NCBI GenBank assembly: GCA_028280675.1
Contig: JANQLI010000129.1
Location: 1,833 to 65,832 of the forward strand
DNA length: 64,000 bases
Reading direction: 5' to 3'
Source of the DNA: Alphaproteobacteria bacterium
GTDB lineage: Bacteria > Pseudomonadota > Alphaproteobacteria > SMXP01
The stretch's first letter is position 1. Each line of letters opens with the position of its first letter. Shown here piece after piece: positions 19,385 through 30,896 of the stretch. The translations under genes and the position numbers were made by a program. A model generated the notes under the pieces. It did not search any database. It was not told the DNA's origin and saw only the letters and a list, made by a program, of their open reading frames with translations.

Positions 19385-21373
19385 ATGACCAAAGCACAAA
19401 CGCAGCAGCCGCTGATGACCGGACGTATGGCCATCACACTGGCCCATGATGTGATCATGGCGATGATTGTGATGCAAGGCGTTATATGGCTGCGCTATAG
19501 CTTCACTAATTTCGAGCATGGTCCTCTCTACCTCTGGCAAGCAAGCTTGCTGTATGGGGCTGTGAGTATGAGCATTTTTCTGGCCGTTGGCTTGCCACGC
19601 GGCATATGGCGTTACACATCCTTCAATGAATTGATTCAGATTCTGAAAGCAGTGACGTTTGCGACAATTCTTTTCGTCCCTATTCTGTTTTTGTTTACGC
19701 GTCTCGAAGACTTTCCGCGTCTTGTTCCGATCCTGCAATGGCCCTTACTTGTCGGTGCCCTCTGCTTGCCGCGTATCGCGTATCGCTTGCTTACATCTGG
19801 CGATGTAGCGGCGGCGTTCCAATCATATAGCGAAAATCAAATACCGATTTTGTTGTTAGGACCGTCAGACAAAGTTGAACCGTTTATTCGTGAAGCACAG
19901 CGCTTAGGCACGGACCGTTTCCCTTATCGTATCGTCGGTCTCATTGATCCCGACCCACAACAAACAGGCCATAATGTGCGCGGCAAACGGATTCTCGGCG
20001 ATCTAACCGCCATACCGGACGTTGTCCGTAAACTGATAGACGCGGGCCGGGCCCCGCAAAAACTTGTTATGGCTGACCCAGATATGAAGGGCGATACAGT
20101 TGGGCAATTGCTTGAAACGTGTGAGGATCTGGGCATTGGCCTCGCGCGCGCACCGAAACTGACCGACATCCAAGTGAGTGATGGCAACAAGCCCGTGAAT
20201 ATCCGCCCGGTTGATTTGCGTGATCTTTTAGGACGCCCGCAAAAAGCGCTCGACCGCGAAGCAATGCGGCGGATGATTGCCGGAAAACGCGTTCTCATTA
20301 CCGGCGCCGGTGGGACCATTGGGTCAGAACTCACACGTCAGGTTGCAGCTCTTCAGCCCTCCCACATTGCGGTTTTAGATAACAGTGAGTTTAACCTCTA
20401 CCAAATTGATCTTGAGCTTAAAGAGAGTTTTCCCGACCTGCCACGCCGTCAGATATTGGCCGATGTGCGGGATCCAAAGCAAATCGCAAACGTCTTTGCC
20501 AATGAACGCCCCGAAATCGTGTTTCATGCGGCGGCCTTAAAACATGTCCCTATTGTTGAAGATAATCCAGCCGAGGGCATGCTGACCAATGTTGGCGGAA
20601 CGCGGCATGTGATTGATGCCTGTCTCGCGCACAAGATCAACACCATGGTCATGATCTCAACAGATAAGGCCGTTAATCCATCGAACATGATGGGCGCGAG
20701 CAAACGTATCGCGGAGCTGTATTGCCAAGCCCAAGATGTGGCGCAAAACCACACCCAATTCGTCACCGTGCGATTTGGCAATGTGCTCGGCTCGACCGGC
20801 TCTGTCGTGCCCCTCTTTCAAAAGCAACTCGCACGGGGCGGTCCTTTGACAGTGACGCACAAAGAGATGACCCGTTATTTCATGACAACCGCCGAAGCGG
20901 TAGAGCTGGTTCTGCAATCGGCCACACTGCATCTTCATGACGCCCGCGATCATGGCACTGATGGCCGGATTTTTGTGCTCGATATGGGCAAGCCTGTGAA
21001 AATCAGTGCGCTGGCCGAGCGGATTATCCAGCTCGCAGGGCTGCGACCGTATGAGGATATTGATATTATCTTTACCGGGATGCGCGCAGGCGAGAAATTG
21101 CATGAGAGTCTGTTTCACGAACTTGAGAAACTGGTCCCCACCGAATCGGACGGTATCTTTCTCGCCGCACCGCGCATTATCGATGTGGATCAATTGATTC
21201 CAGCGCTGGAACGCCTACTGGATGCCGCTGAGGAGCGTGACCTTACCAAACTTTTTCGCGTCATGCGCACGCTCGTGCCTGAATATGAAGGCGATAGCGC
21301 ACCTGCACAGACCGTAGAAGGCAGCACCACATCCCCAGAGAAAGCGGCTCCCGTGCAAAGCTTGCGCGACTGA
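19385..21373 (+). CDS. Polysaccharide biosynthesis protein CapD/PglF/WbpM-like nucleotide-sugar 4,6-dehydratase
   Basis: N-terminal multi-TM region followed by two Rossmann domains, with VLITGAGGTIGSEL and the extended SDR catalytic region. Confidence 0.7.
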   Translation: MTKAQTQQPLMTGRMAITLAHDVIMAMIVMQGVIWLRYSFTNFEHGPLYLWQASLLYGAVSMSIFLAVGLPRGIWRYTSFNELIQILKAVTFATILFVPILFLFTRLEDFPRLVPILQWPLLVGALCLPRIAYRLLTSGDVAAAFQSYSENQIPILLLGPSDKVEPFIREAQRLGTDRFPYRIVGLIDPDPQQTGHNVRGKRILGDLTAIPDVVRKLIDAGRAPQKLVMADPDMKGDTVGQLLETCEDLGIGLARAPKLTDIQVSDGNKPVNIRPVDLRDLLGRPQKALDREAMRRMIAGKRVLITGAGGTIGSELTRQVAALQPSHIAVLDNSEFNLYQIDLELKESFPDLPRRQILADVRDPKQIANVFANERPEIVFHAAALKHVPIVEDNPAEGMLTNVGGTRHVIDACLAHKINTMVMISTDKAVNPSNMMGASKRIAELYCQAQDVAQNHTQFVTVRFGNVLGSTGSVVPLFQKQLARGGPLTVTHKEMTRYFMTTAEAVELVLQSATLHLHDARDHGTDGRIFVLDMGKPVKISALAERIIQLAGLRPYEDIDIIFTGMRAGEKLHESLFHELEKLVPTESDGIFLAAPRIIDVDQLIPALERLLDAAEERDLTKLFRVMRTLVPEYEGDSAPAQTVEGSTTSPEKAAPVQSLRD

Positions 21374-21483
21374 CACACACGGCTTTTACTGCATGGCCTC
21401 TATGCATCCTTGGGCCTTTTCCACATAGGAAATCCATGTTAGGTCGAGGACATATTCACTAACCATCCTCAATGGGTTCTTCT

Positions 21484-23085
21484 ATGTCTGACGTTGCCTC
21501 CTCTCCGATTCTCCGTGCTCTCATTTCCGTTTCCGATAAAGAGGAGCTTGTGGATTTTGCTCAAAGCCTGACGGATCACGGCGTCGAGATTATCTCCACA
21601 GGTGGGTCGGCCCGTACATTACGTGAGGCAGGCGTCACCGTGACAGAGATTGATGATGTCACCGGATTTCCTGAAATTATGGACGGCCGCGTCAAAACCT
21701 TGCACCCGAAAGTGCACGGCGGTCTCCTCAGTGTACGCGACAATGCAAACCACATTGCCGCGATGGAAGAGCACGGTATTGAGGGCATTGATCTCTTGGT
21801 CGTGAATCTCTACCCGTTTGAAAGCACCGTTGAAGCAGGCGCGGATTATGCGACGTGCATTGAAAATATTGACATTGGGGGACCAGCACTCATTCGCGCA
21901 GCATCGAAAAACCATGCCTTCGTCACTGTGGTCACCGCCAAAGAAGATTACCCACGTGTGCTGGAAGAGATGAACGCCAATCAAGGCGCGACAACACTTA
22001 CCCTTCGCAAAGAACTCGCCGCAAAAGCCTATGCCCGCACCGCCGCTTACGATGCGGCAATCTCAACTTGGTTTGCCGAACACATCGGCGATAAAGCGCC
22101 AGCACGCCGCGTGCTTGCAGGGGAGCTCAAGCAGACACTGCGCTATGGTGAGAATCCCCATCAGGAGGCGGCGTTCTATGTCACCCGCGACACCCGCCGA
22201 GGCGTTGCTACAGCCGTACAAGTTCAAGGGAAAGAGCTGAGTTATAACAATATCAATGACACGGATGCGGCCTTTGAATTGGTGAGTGAATTTGATCCAA
22301 AAGACGGCCCAGCGGTAGCGATTATTAAACACGCCAATCCGTGCGGTGTGGCGCGCGGCGCATCGCTGATTGATGCGTATCAAAAAGCTTTTGCGTGCGA
22401 TACGGTTAGCGCCTTTGGCGGCATTATTGCACTCAATAGTCTCCTTGATGGCCCGACAGCGGAAGAAATCTCCAAAATCTTTACCGAGGTGATTATCGCA
22501 CCTGATGCCGACGATACGGCAAAAGAAATATTGGCGAAAAAGAAAAACCTGCGCCTTCTTCTCACTGGCGGTTTATCCGATCCTATTGCATCTGGTTTGA
22601 CCTATCGCACCGTCAGCGGAGGCTTTTTGGTGCAAAATCGCGACGCCGGTCAGGTTGGCGGACCCGGTACGAAACTGGAAGTCGTCACCAAGCGTGCGCC
22701 AAGTGATCAAGAAATGGCCGATATGCGTTTTGCCTTCACTGTTGCTAAGCATGTGAAATCAAATGCGATCATCTACGTCAAAGATGGCGCGACAGTCGGC
22801 ATTGGCGCTGGACAAATGAGCCGTCTCGATTCATCGCGCATCGCCGCACGCAAATCGCAAGACATGGCGGATGAAGCGGGTGCTTCAGAGCCCGGCACGA
22901 TTGGATCTGTGGTGGCGTCGGATGCCTTTTTCCCCTTCGCCGATGGCTTACTGGCTGCGGCTGAAGCGGGCGCGACAGCAGTGATCCAACCAGGCGGATC
23001 CATCCGTGACGATGACGTAATCGCCGCTGCTGATGACGCTGGTCTTGCCATGGTCTTCACCGGTATGCGCCATTTCCGACATTAA
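21484..23085 (+). CDS. purH: Bifunctional AICAR transformylase / IMP cyclohydrolase
   Basis: MGS-like N-domain (ALISVSDK...GGSA) and an AICARFT C-domain, at the canonical length of about 530 aa. Confidence 0.9.
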   Translation: MSDVASSPILRALISVSDKEELVDFAQSLTDHGVEIISTGGSARTLREAGVTVTEIDDVTGFPEIMDGRVKTLHPKVHGGLLSVRDNANHIAAMEEHGIEGIDLLVVNLYPFESTVEAGADYATCIENIDIGGPALIRAASKNHAFVTVVTAKEDYPRVLEEMNANQGATTLTLRKELAAKAYARTAAYDAAISTWFAEHIGDKAPARRVLAGELKQTLRYGENPHQEAAFYVTRDTRRGVATAVQVQGKELSYNNINDTDAAFELVSEFDPKDGPAVAIIKHANPCGVARGASLIDAYQKAFACDTVSAFGGIIALNSLLDGPTAEEISKIFTEVIIAPDADDTAKEILAKKKNLRLLLTGGLSDPIASGLTYRTVSGGFLVQNRDAGQVGGPGTKLEVVTKRAPSDQEMADMRFAFTVAKHVKSNAIIYVKDGATVGIGAGQMSRLDSSRIAARKSQDMADEAGASEPGTIGSVVASDAFFPFADGLLAAAEAGATAVIQPGGSIRDDDVIAAADDAGLAMVFTGMRHFRH

Positions 23086-24527
23086 ACTTTCATCGCGCGC
23101 TCTTCTTTGACAGGCAGCAAGAGCAGCGCGCCGATCAGTAAAAAGACGATGATCACATAAAGGCTGGCGCGTTGTTCCCCGCTGGCACGAGTCGCCACAG
23201 CAATCAGCATCGGTGCGAGAAACGTGGTCGCTTTGCCCGATAAGGCATATAAACCAAAAAATTCCGTGACCAATTCTTTAGGCGCAAGGCGCGCCATCAT
23301 CGAACGGCTGGCTGCTTGCGCCGGCCCGGAGAAAAAACCGATCATTGCGCCGCACACCATATAAGCAAGCTCAGAAACAGAGCTGAAAACCGCATCATCC
23401 TGACCCCGCGGCGCGACATCCCATACCCAGAGCACACTTGACGGTGTAATGGAAATCGCAAAAACCATCGCCAACACCAACCCGAAGATGGACAGATTCA
23501 ATGTGCGCTTTGTCCCCCAATGATCGTCCCAAACGCCGCCAAGAAACGCGCCAATAGACGCAAAGATGGCAAGCACAATGCCGAAAATCCCAAGCTCTGT
23601 GATGGACCAGTTAAACAGCGCCACTGCAAACACCCCGCCAAAGGCAAAAATTGCAGCAAGGCCATCATTGTAAATCATCCGTGCAAAGAGAAAAAGCGCA
23701 ACATTTTTATAAGACCCTAAACGCTTGAGAGTCTCAAGAAGAGATCGCAAGCCCCGGCGCATGCCATCGCGCCAATGTATGCCGCTGGAAGGCTGATCCG
23801 GTGTGAAAACAAAAAGCGGAATGACAAAGAGTACATACCATGCCGCCGAAAATGGGCCCGTAAAACGTTCAGGTTCAAACGCCTCCCGTGAGAGACCCAA
23901 CAATGGTTCCTTGGGAATAAACCCCACATCCATCGTGCCGGGCAGTGAGAAACCAATCAAGATGATAAAGAGGGCGACCAAACCACCGACATATCCAAGG
24001 CCCCAGCCATAGCCACTCAGGCGGCCGAGTTCAGAGGGCACGGCCAAACTGGGCAGCATGGCGTTGTTAAACACGATGGCGATTTCCATTGTGACACCCG
24101 AGAGAATGATCAACGCGGCAATACCCCACACACCATGCGGTGCACCGGGAATGGCGTACCACAACGCGGCGCAAGACAGCACATAGATTACCGATAGAGA
24201 AAACACCCAAGGTTTGCGCGGGCCCGTGGCATCGGCAATCGCGCCCATTACAGGGCTGGCAATGGCGATAATCAGACCCGAAATACCCAGAGTGAAACCG
24301 AGAACTTCTTGCCCGCGCAAGCTGTCGCCCACAAAGCCAGATGTGAAATAGGGAAAGAAGATAAACGTTGTAATGAGGGTGAAATAAGGCTGGTTTGCCC
24401 AATCAAACATCGCCCAACTGCCCTGACCCAAGCGCGAGGCGGGCTTGCCGCCTAAAGCTGTCAGGCTTTCGGCAGTGTCTTCTGATCTTTCACCCATAGA
24501 GATGCCCGCATTTGATGATGTCCTCAA
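23082..24527 (-). CDS. MFS transporter (UMF1/Atg22-like)
   Basis: 12 predicted TM helices. N-terminal [11 protein letters not shown] motif typical of the MFS_1-like UMF1 family. Confidence 0.6.
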   Translation of the reverse strand: MRTSSNAGISMGERSEDTAESLTALGGKPASRLGQGSWAMFDWANQPYFTLITTFIFFPYFTSGFVGDSLRGQEVLGFTLGISGLIIAIASPVMGAIADATGPRKPWVFSLSVIYVLSCAALWYAIPGAPHGVWGIAALIILSGVTMEIAIVFNNAMLPSLAVPSELGRLSGYGWGLGYVGGLVALFIILIGFSLPGTMDVGFIPKEPLLGLSREAFEPERFTGPFSAAWYVLFVIPLFVFTPDQPSSGIHWRDGMRRGLRSLLETLKRLGSYKNVALFLFARMIYNDGLAAIFAFGGVFAVALFNWSITELGIFGIVLAIFASIGAFLGGVWDDHWGTKRTLNLSIFGLVLAMVFAISITPSSVLWVWDVAPRGQDDAVFSSVSELAYMVCGAMIGFFSGPAQAASRSMMARLAPKELVTEFFGLYALSGKATTFLAPMLIAVATRASGEQRASLYVIIVFLLIGALLLLPVKEERAMKV

Positions 24528-24533
24528 TGAGGA

Positions 24534-27500
24534 TCATACAGACAAACGCGCTCCGGCCATAGTGGCTAATTCACGGACTTGGCTCGCTGCTAATGACAAT
24601 TTTGCGACAGACAACGCGCCACCGGATTCCATTTCCGCAATCATGACCTTGGTGCGTTCAGCCGCGGCTTGATGGCGGCCTAGCCAGGCTTGCAAAATCG
24701 TCTCAGCATTGTCATCGGCAGTCATATCAGCAAGAACAATCTGCAATAATTGACGTTGCTGTTGGTTGAGGTCATCTATCGTTCGCCGCACTGCCAGCCG
24801 TTCCCAATGTTCGCTGAGGTGCAACTGGGTTGCTTGTTCCCGTAATCCATCAATGCCAAGGTAATCACCGATGCGGAAGTAAAGGGCGCTCGCAAGCGCC
24901 ATATCAACATCCATGCTTTTGAGCACATCAATAATATCACACGCAGCGCTCATGGGTTCGAGCATGCTGATAGCACGCGCAAGATCCTCGGGGACTCCTG
25001 CATGCAAGTATGTGTCTTGCACCGTATTCATATGGAGCAGCATCTGCGGCGCCAAGCAATCCGGCATTGTGGAGGCAACATCATTGATACCGGTTTGATA
25101 GGCTTGAATGGTTTCTTCAAGCGGCAGGGCCACACCATCGCCATCAGCAACGCGATACCGTAAAAACCATAATGTGCGCTGCATTAAGAATTGGCGTATG
25201 GCGCCATAAAGGGAAAGCTGCACATCAGACTCGATGCGGTTATCCAGTTGGTGCACCTCCTGCCACAAATCCGACAGGCCGAAACTTTCCTTCGCTGCAA
25301 TAAAAGTACGGGCCACCAAAGCCGCATCCGCACCACTGTTTTCGACAAGACGGTGAACAAAACTCATCCCGCCCATATTGATGATGTCTCCACCAAGAAC
25401 CGTCGCAATAATTTCACGCCGTAATTGATGCTGTTCTGCAGTCTCACGGTAATGCGCGACCAAGCGCTGTGGTAAGTAGTCGAATAACGCCTGGGTGAGA
25501 TAAGGTTCATCCGGAACGTCTGACTCTATCAACGCATCGAAAAGGGCGATCTTCGCATAGGCCATTACCACAGCCAGTTCCGGGCGTGTCAGCCCCCGAT
25601 TCTCAAGCGATAAGTCGTTGATTTGATCATCGCTCGGCAACCCCTCTACATCGCGATCAAGGCGTCCTTTACTTTCGAGAGCATGCATAAAGCGTTGATG
25701 GGCATCGAGACGCGCCGGCGCTGTGTGCTCTGAAAGACTGAGGGCAAGGGTTTGGGCATAATTATTGGCCAGCACCAAATCCGCCACTTCGTCTGTCATA
25801 TCCGACAACAACACGTTACGTTCATCCGTGCTCAGATGACCTTCACTCAGAACGCGATCTACAAGGATCTTGATATTGACTTCGTGGTCCGAACAATCAA
25901 CCCCTGCGGCATTGTCTACCGCATCCGTATTGATGCGCCCGCCTTTTTGCGCAAAGGCAATACGGCCCGCCTGTGTCACACCAAGATTTGCCCCTTCACC
26001 GATAACCTTGACGTTGACCTCATCGGCATTAATCCGCAGCGAATCATTTGCTTTATCACCGGCTTCAGAATGGCGTTGTGACGCGGCTTTGATGTATGTG
26101 CCGATCCCGCCAAACCACAAAAGATCTGCCGGCGCACGCAAAATAGCTTGCATCACGTCATCAGGCGTGAGTTTGTCGCCCGTGATGTTCAGCACCTCTT
26201 TGGCCTCTGGGGAGAGATCAATGGCTTTAAGAGAGCGGCTATAAACGCCACCGCCGTCTGATATTAAGTTTTGATCATAACTTTCCCAACTGGAACGCGG
26301 GAGCGAGAACAAGCGTTTTCGCTCTGCAAAACTCACAGCCGCATCCGGGTTGGGATCAATAAAAATATCGCGATGATCGAAGGCCGCGATTAAACGGGTT
26401 TGCTCTGATAACAGCATGCCATTGCCAAACACATCGCCGGACATATCGCCCACACCAACCGCCGTGAAAGGCTGTGTTTGAATATCCGTTCCCATTTCAC
26501 GGAAGTGGCGTTTCACCGCCTCCCAGGCGCCACGGGCGGTGATCCCCATCCCTTTATGGTCATACCCTTGCGACCCGCCAGAGGCAAAGGCATCCCCGAG
26601 CCAGAATCCATAGGCGTGTGAAATGTCATTGGCAATATCAGAGAATGTTGCCGTGCCTTTATCCGCCGCGACAACCAAATACGGATCATTGCCATCATGC
26701 ACAACAACACCGTCCGGTTTCACCACATCGCCATCCACAATGTTATCGGCAAGATCAAGCAAACCACTGATGAAAATGCGATAACACACAATCCCTTCCT
26801 GCTGGATGTCTTCGCGGCTGCCGCCTTCAGGTAAGTTTTGCGGCACAAAACCGCCTTTTGCGCCAACAGGCACGATTACTGCATTCTTCACTTGTTGTGC
26901 TTTTGCGAGACCTAAAATTTCCGTGCGAAAATCTTCACGCCGATCCGACCAACGCAAGCCGCCGCGCGCAACAAATCCCCAACGCAAATGAACGCCTTCG
27001 ACACGCGGTGAATAAACAAAAATTTCCGTCAGTGGTTTGGGGAGGGGCAAGTCTTCTAAATCACGGCTTGAAATTTTAAACGAAATATATGATTTCGTTT
27101 CACCCGCCTGATTGACCTGATAAAAATTCGTGCGCCACAGAGCCGAAATCAAAGCGAGAAACTGCCGGATGATGCGGTCTTCATCCAAACTCCGCACATC
27201 ATCTAATGCGCTTATGATTTGCGCACGGTGATCTTCGAATTGCTGTTCCCGGTCTTGTTTCGAAAGAGCCAATGCTGGGTCAAACTTCAGTGCAAATGCG
27301 GTCACGAGCAGTTTCGTGACGATTGGATGATTGGCGAGCGTTTCTTGCATATAAGCGATTGAAAGCGTCCGCCCAGTCTGACGCCAATAATGGGCAAAGC
27401 CACGTAACAACGCCACGTATCGCCAACTGATCCCTTGCTCAACACACAAACGGTTGAACGGATCATTCGCAGCATGTCCGTGCCAAATCGCCTCAAACGC

Positions 27501-29438
27501 CTCTTCTAAATTTTCGGCCACTTGGCCAAAGACAAGCTCCAGCTCGCTTGGCTGCTCCATATAGAAATCATGGACCCAAAATGTCCCGTCAGCGCGATGG
27601 ACTGGATTCCCAGCCTCAGTAATCACTTTCAGCCCCATATTCTCAAGGATCGGCAAGACGTCACTTAAGGGGATGGTTTCGCTTGCCCGGTAAAGCTTAA
27701 GGCGCAACGAATGCGCAGGGTCGCCTGCACGTTGATAACAGCGCAAAGCGATAGCAGGGGGCGCGCTTAACGGCTCTAACTTTTCAATATCGTAACACGC
27801 GTCTTTGGCTGTGTTGATTTCGCGATAGCCTGCTGAGAATGCATCGCCATAGCGCGCAACGAGGGGACGGCTATTTTCTTCGCCATAAATTTCATTTAAT
27901 TCACGTGCGAGCGCATCGCGAAAATTTTGCGTCACTGCGACAATGGTTTTCTCAACATCATCCGGATCAGGATAATCGAACGCCTCTTCAGAGTTACGCC
28001 CAATAATGAAATGAATACGCGCTAATGGCGTATCATTGAACTGCGGGTAAAATGCCGAAAGACGCCCTTGATATGCGTTCACCAACGTCTCTGCAACCTG
28101 ATGGCGCGTCCGTGAATCATAACGGTCACGGGGAATATATACGAGCGCAGAGACATAACGGTCATAGCGATCGCGCCGCACGAAAAGACGCGTGCGCGGA
28201 CGTTCATGCAAATCCAAAATGCCAAGAGAAATACGTAAGAGCTCGTCTTCGCTGGTTTGGAATAATTCGTCGCGTGGATAGGTTTCCAGAATATTGGTCA
28301 ACGCTTTCTTGTTGAAACTTAATGACATAAATCCAGCGCGTTCAATAACGCGTTCGACTTTCCGCGACAGAAGTGGAATACGTGAAATGGATCGGTTGTA
28401 TGCTTCAGACGTGAACAGACCGATGAAGCGATACTCACCTGTCAGTGTCCCTTGCGCATCAAACAGTTTCACGCCGATATAATCCATATAAACCCGGCGG
28501 TGCACTTCGGAGCGCACATTTGCTTTGGTGATAATAATCGGCGAAGGCAACATAAGAAACTCGCGCACTTCGGATGTAAAGTAGACGAGCTTGTCTCCGC
28601 GCCGCAACATACGCGCACTTGGATCACGTAAAATCCCTAGGCCCGTTTCATCAAGAGGCTCAAGCGTGCCGGTCTCTGGCTCACCCTCAAAACGATAGAC
28701 ACGTGATCCCAGCAGAGCAAAATGATCATCGCGCAGCCATGATAAAAAAGCCTGACACTCTGCCGCCTCTTCAGGATCAATCGTGCCTGACATATCCTGA
28801 AGACCTTCAATCGCTTCATTTAAGCGATCCAACATAGGTTCGTAGTCAGCGATGACAATGCGAACTTCATTGACAATCGTATTTAAACGATTTTGCAAAG
28901 ACGTCAGACGGCGCTCATCTGAATGGTAATTAAACTCGATATGGATAACGGACTCGCGATGCGCGCCATTGGACAGGTCCTCCACTCCCGAAGCAAAATC
29001 TAAACACCGCCCTGCGGCATCGCGCTCCACATTGGTGATTGGATGAAGCACACTGCGCAGCTCAACCCCTTGCGCTGTCAGCTCCCCCAATATCGAGTCA
29101 ACGAGGAAGGGCATATCCGCCGCAACGATCTCAAGAATCGTATGTGGACTTTCCCAACCATGCTCAGCCATATTTGGATTGAACACCCGCAACAAGACAT
29201 CGTTGGGCGCGCGGCATGCGGAGAAACGCCAAAACGATAACGCGGCGTGAAAAAGCTGGCTGCTGTCATATATGTCCAATTCATCTGGCAGGGCGTCATC
29301 GAACAAAGCCTGTATAAAGGCAGAGAAACCTGTATATGAGATGTGATCAGAGTCTGCTGGCGTGCTCTGCCCCTGAGTATCCGACGCCAATGACACAATC
29401 TCGGCTATTCTATCGGCTTTATCCTGTCGGTACATCAC
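24534..29438 (-). CDS. gdhB: NAD-specific glutamate dehydrogenase, large (about 180 kDa) form
   Basis: 1634-aa single ORF with the typical length and domain order of the large NAD-GDH family. Confidence 0.85.
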   Translation of the reverse strand: MMYRQDKADRIAEIVSLASDTQGQSTPADSDHISYTGFSAFIQALFDDALPDELDIYDSSQLFHAALSFWRFSACRAPNDVLLRVFNPNMAEHGWESPHTILEIVAADMPFLVDSILGELTAQGVELRSVLHPITNVERDAAGRCLDFASGVEDLSNGAHRESVIHIEFNYHSDERRLTSLQNRLNTIVNEVRIVIADYEPMLDRLNEAIEGLQDMSGTIDPEEAAECQAFLSWLRDDHFALLGSRVYRFEGEPETGTLEPLDETGLGILRDPSARMLRRGDKLVYFTSEVREFLMLPSPIIITKANVRSEVHRRVYMDYIGVKLFDAQGTLTGEYRFIGLFTSEAYNRSISRIPLLSRKVERVIERAGFMSLSFNKKALTNILETYPRDELFQTSEDELLRISLGILDLHERPRTRLFVRRDRYDRYVSALVYIPRDRYDSRTRHQVAETLVNAYQGRLSAFYPQFNDTPLARIHFIIGRNSEEAFDYPDPDDVEKTIVAVTQNFRDALARELNEIYGEENSRPLVARYGDAFSAGYREINTAKDACYDIEKLEPLSAPPAIALRCYQRAGDPAHSLRLKLYRASETIPLSDVLPILENMGLKVITEAGNPVHRADGTFWVHDFYMEQPSELELVFGQVAENLEEAFEAIWHGHAANDPFNRLCVEQGISWRYVALLRGFAHYWRQTGRTLSIAYMQETLANHPIVTKLLVTAFALKFDPALALSKQDREQQFEDHRAQIISALDDVRSLDEDRIIRQFLALISALWRTNFYQVNQAGETKSYISFKISSRDLEDLPLPKPLTEIFVYSPRVEGVHLRWGFVARGGLRWSDRREDFRTEILGLAKAQQVKNAVIVPVGAKGGFVPQNLPEGGSREDIQQEGIVCYRIFISGLLDLADNIVDGDVVKPDGVVVHDGNDPYLVVAADKGTATFSDIANDISHAYGFWLGDAFASGGSQGYDHKGMGITARGAWEAVKRHFREMGTDIQTQPFTAVGVGDMSGDVFGNGMLLSEQTRLIAAFDHRDIFIDPNPDAAVSFAERKRLFSLPRSSWESYDQNLISDGGGVYSRSLKAIDLSPEAKEVLNITGDKLTPDDVMQAILRAPADLLWFGGIGTYIKAASQRHSEAGDKANDSLRINADEVNVKVIGEGANLGVTQAGRIAFAQKGGRINTDAVDNAAGVDCSDHEVNIKILVDRVLSEGHLSTDERNVLLSDMTDEVADLVLANNYAQTLALSLSEHTAPARLDAHQRFMHALESKGRLDRDVEGLPSDDQINDLSLENRGLTRPELAVVMAYAKIALFDALIESDVPDEPYLTQALFDYLPQRLVAHYRETAEQHQLRREIIATVLGGDIINMGGMSFVHRLVENSGADAALVARTFIAAKESFGLSDLWQEVHQLDNRIESDVQLSLYGAIRQFLMQRTLWFLRYRVADGDGVALPLEETIQAYQTGINDVASTMPDCLAPQMLLHMNTVQDTYLHAGVPEDLARAISMLEPMSAACDIIDVLKSMDVDMALASALYFRIGDYLGIDGLREQATQLHLSEHWERLAVRRTIDDLNQQQRQLLQIVLADMTADDNAETILQAWLGRHQAAAERTKVMIAEMESGGALSVAKLSLAASQVRELATMAGARLSV

Positions 29439-29583
29439 CCAGCGCCCCCCAACCCATGTTCATCAGCGTGGTTGTCAAAACAGGAAGATGTCCTGCCTAA
29501 CAAGGCCACGCTAGCCCTATCACAAAAGCCAAGTCTAGCGGGATTTTGTTAAGATTAATGAAATTTTAGTCATGACACATGTC

Positions 29584-30213
29584 TCAGGACTCCGCGTCTT
29601 TTGGCCCTGTATAGCGATAATGGCCTGTAATCGGGAAATCGAAGAGACGGTCCTCCTGTTTGGGACCTTGGCCGATATTATGGATAATGAGCGGCCGTGC
29701 ACCATCCTCTGAGCGGGCCTGGGCGACAATGCCAATATGGGGGAGATGAGGCGGCACAGTCCATGTCACCAAATCACCAGGCAAATAGTTGGCGGGGTTT
29801 TGTGACACAGTAAGGCTTTCGCCATGACGCCGGAAAAAGGTCTGCAAATTGGGCACACGGCGGTGATCAATATTTGGATCCGGTTTGGTCAGGCCCCAGT
29901 GCGCCGGATAGGATGAAAACTGTGCTGTCATATCTTCATGGATAAGCTGTTGCAGATCAATGCCCAGGCTGCGATAGGATCGAATAATAACGTCCGTACA
30001 CACACCTTTTCCCGGATCCACATCGCCGCCCGGATAAGCCATCGCAACATAAGCAGGGTCATATGTCACCTGATGCTTTGTGCGATCCAAAGCAGCTTTG
30101 GCAATGTCGACTCCCGTTGCAGCATGGGCAAATCCACTGAGCGTCAGCCCCACAATCACCATAAAAACCGACACGCCGCAGAGCCATAACATACGCAAAG
30201 ACATGATCTTCAT
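29584..30213 (-). CDS. DUF1287-family secreted protein
   Basis: Signal peptide followed by a DUF1287-like core (...YDPAYVAMAYPGGDV...GVCTDVII...). Confidence 0.45.
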   Translation of the reverse strand: MKIMSLRMLWLCGVSVFMVIVGLTLSGFAHAATGVDIAKAALDRTKHQVTYDPAYVAMAYPGGDVDPGKGVCTDVIIRSYRSLGIDLQQLIHEDMTAQFSSYPAHWGLTKPDPNIDHRRVPNLQTFFRRHGESLTVSQNPANYLPGDLVTWTVPPHLPHIGIVAQARSEDGARPLIIHNIGQGPKQEDRLFDFPITGHYRYTGPKDAES

Positions 30214-30329
30214 CCTCACATCGTCACTATGAGGATCATTCAAGTCTGCAAATATGGTCATAGAACGTCGTGGATTGGGCAATCTATAGGCAGGTCAGGA
30301 AAGTCAATTTCCCCTGAAAAAACAAAGCC

Positions 30330-30737
30330 CTAAGACGTTTTGCGCGGTGTCAGAGGCGCGGCCAGTTCGTTGAGAATAGGGCAATCGGGGCGATCATCAC
30401 CGTGGCAATGCCGCACAAGATTAGCCAGTGTGTCGCGTAAATCCCGCAGCTCTGCAATTTTATGCTCAATATCAGCGATCCGCGCTTCAGCAATCGCTTT
30501 TACATCGGCGCTCGCGCGCTGTTGATCTTCATAAAGAGACAAAAGATCACGGCAGACATCAATCGAAAACCCAAGACCACGTGAGCGTTGGACGAATCGG
30601 AGTTTGTGAATATGCGCATCGCTATAATCGCGATACCCATTCGCCTTGCGATCCGCAACCACCAGCCCAATGTCTTCGTAATAGCGGATCGTTTTCTTTG
30701 GTAAGCCGGATTGCTCTGAGGCTTCACTGATATTCAT
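30330..30737 (-). CDS. cueR: MerR-family Cu(I)-responsive transcriptional regulator (CueR/HmrR type)
   Basis: N-terminal MerR HTH (IRYYEDIGL), a coiled-coil dimerisation helix, and the C-terminal metal-binding loop CHGDDRPDC. Confidence 0.75.
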   Translation of the reverse strand: MNISEASEQSGLPKKTIRYYEDIGLVVADRKANGYRDYSDAHIHKLRFVQRSRGLGFSIDVCRDLLSLYEDQQRASADVKAIAEARIADIEHKIAELRDLRDTLANLVRHCHGDDRPDCPILNELAAPLTPRKTS

Positions 30738-30896
30738 AGGTGGCTCCTGGGTCTACGCCTGGCGGCGGTTCATCCGCATCATTATAACCGCGGTGCAGAC
30801 GCTGCCAAACAGAATCGATAGGAAGGGCTCAGCTAGACAGGTCCGCATAAATCGTGCATGAAGGCGGTCAGGTTTGACTTGGAGGAAGGGCTGACA

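Noticed and set aside
21374-21483. Possible ZTP (pfl) riboswitch upstream of purH
   Set aside because: The leader lacks the conserved GC-rich pfl pseudoknot elements (no GGGUCGUGAC-like or CCGCCUGGGC-like blocks). It is too short and too AT-rich in the relevant places.
30868-30896. GGAGGAAGG-containing sequence that at first glance resembled half of a CueR operator (CCTTCC/GGAAGG)
   Set aside because: It has no dyad partner. It sits 7 nt upstream of the MFS ATG (30897), so it is better explained as the Shine-Dalgarno sequence.
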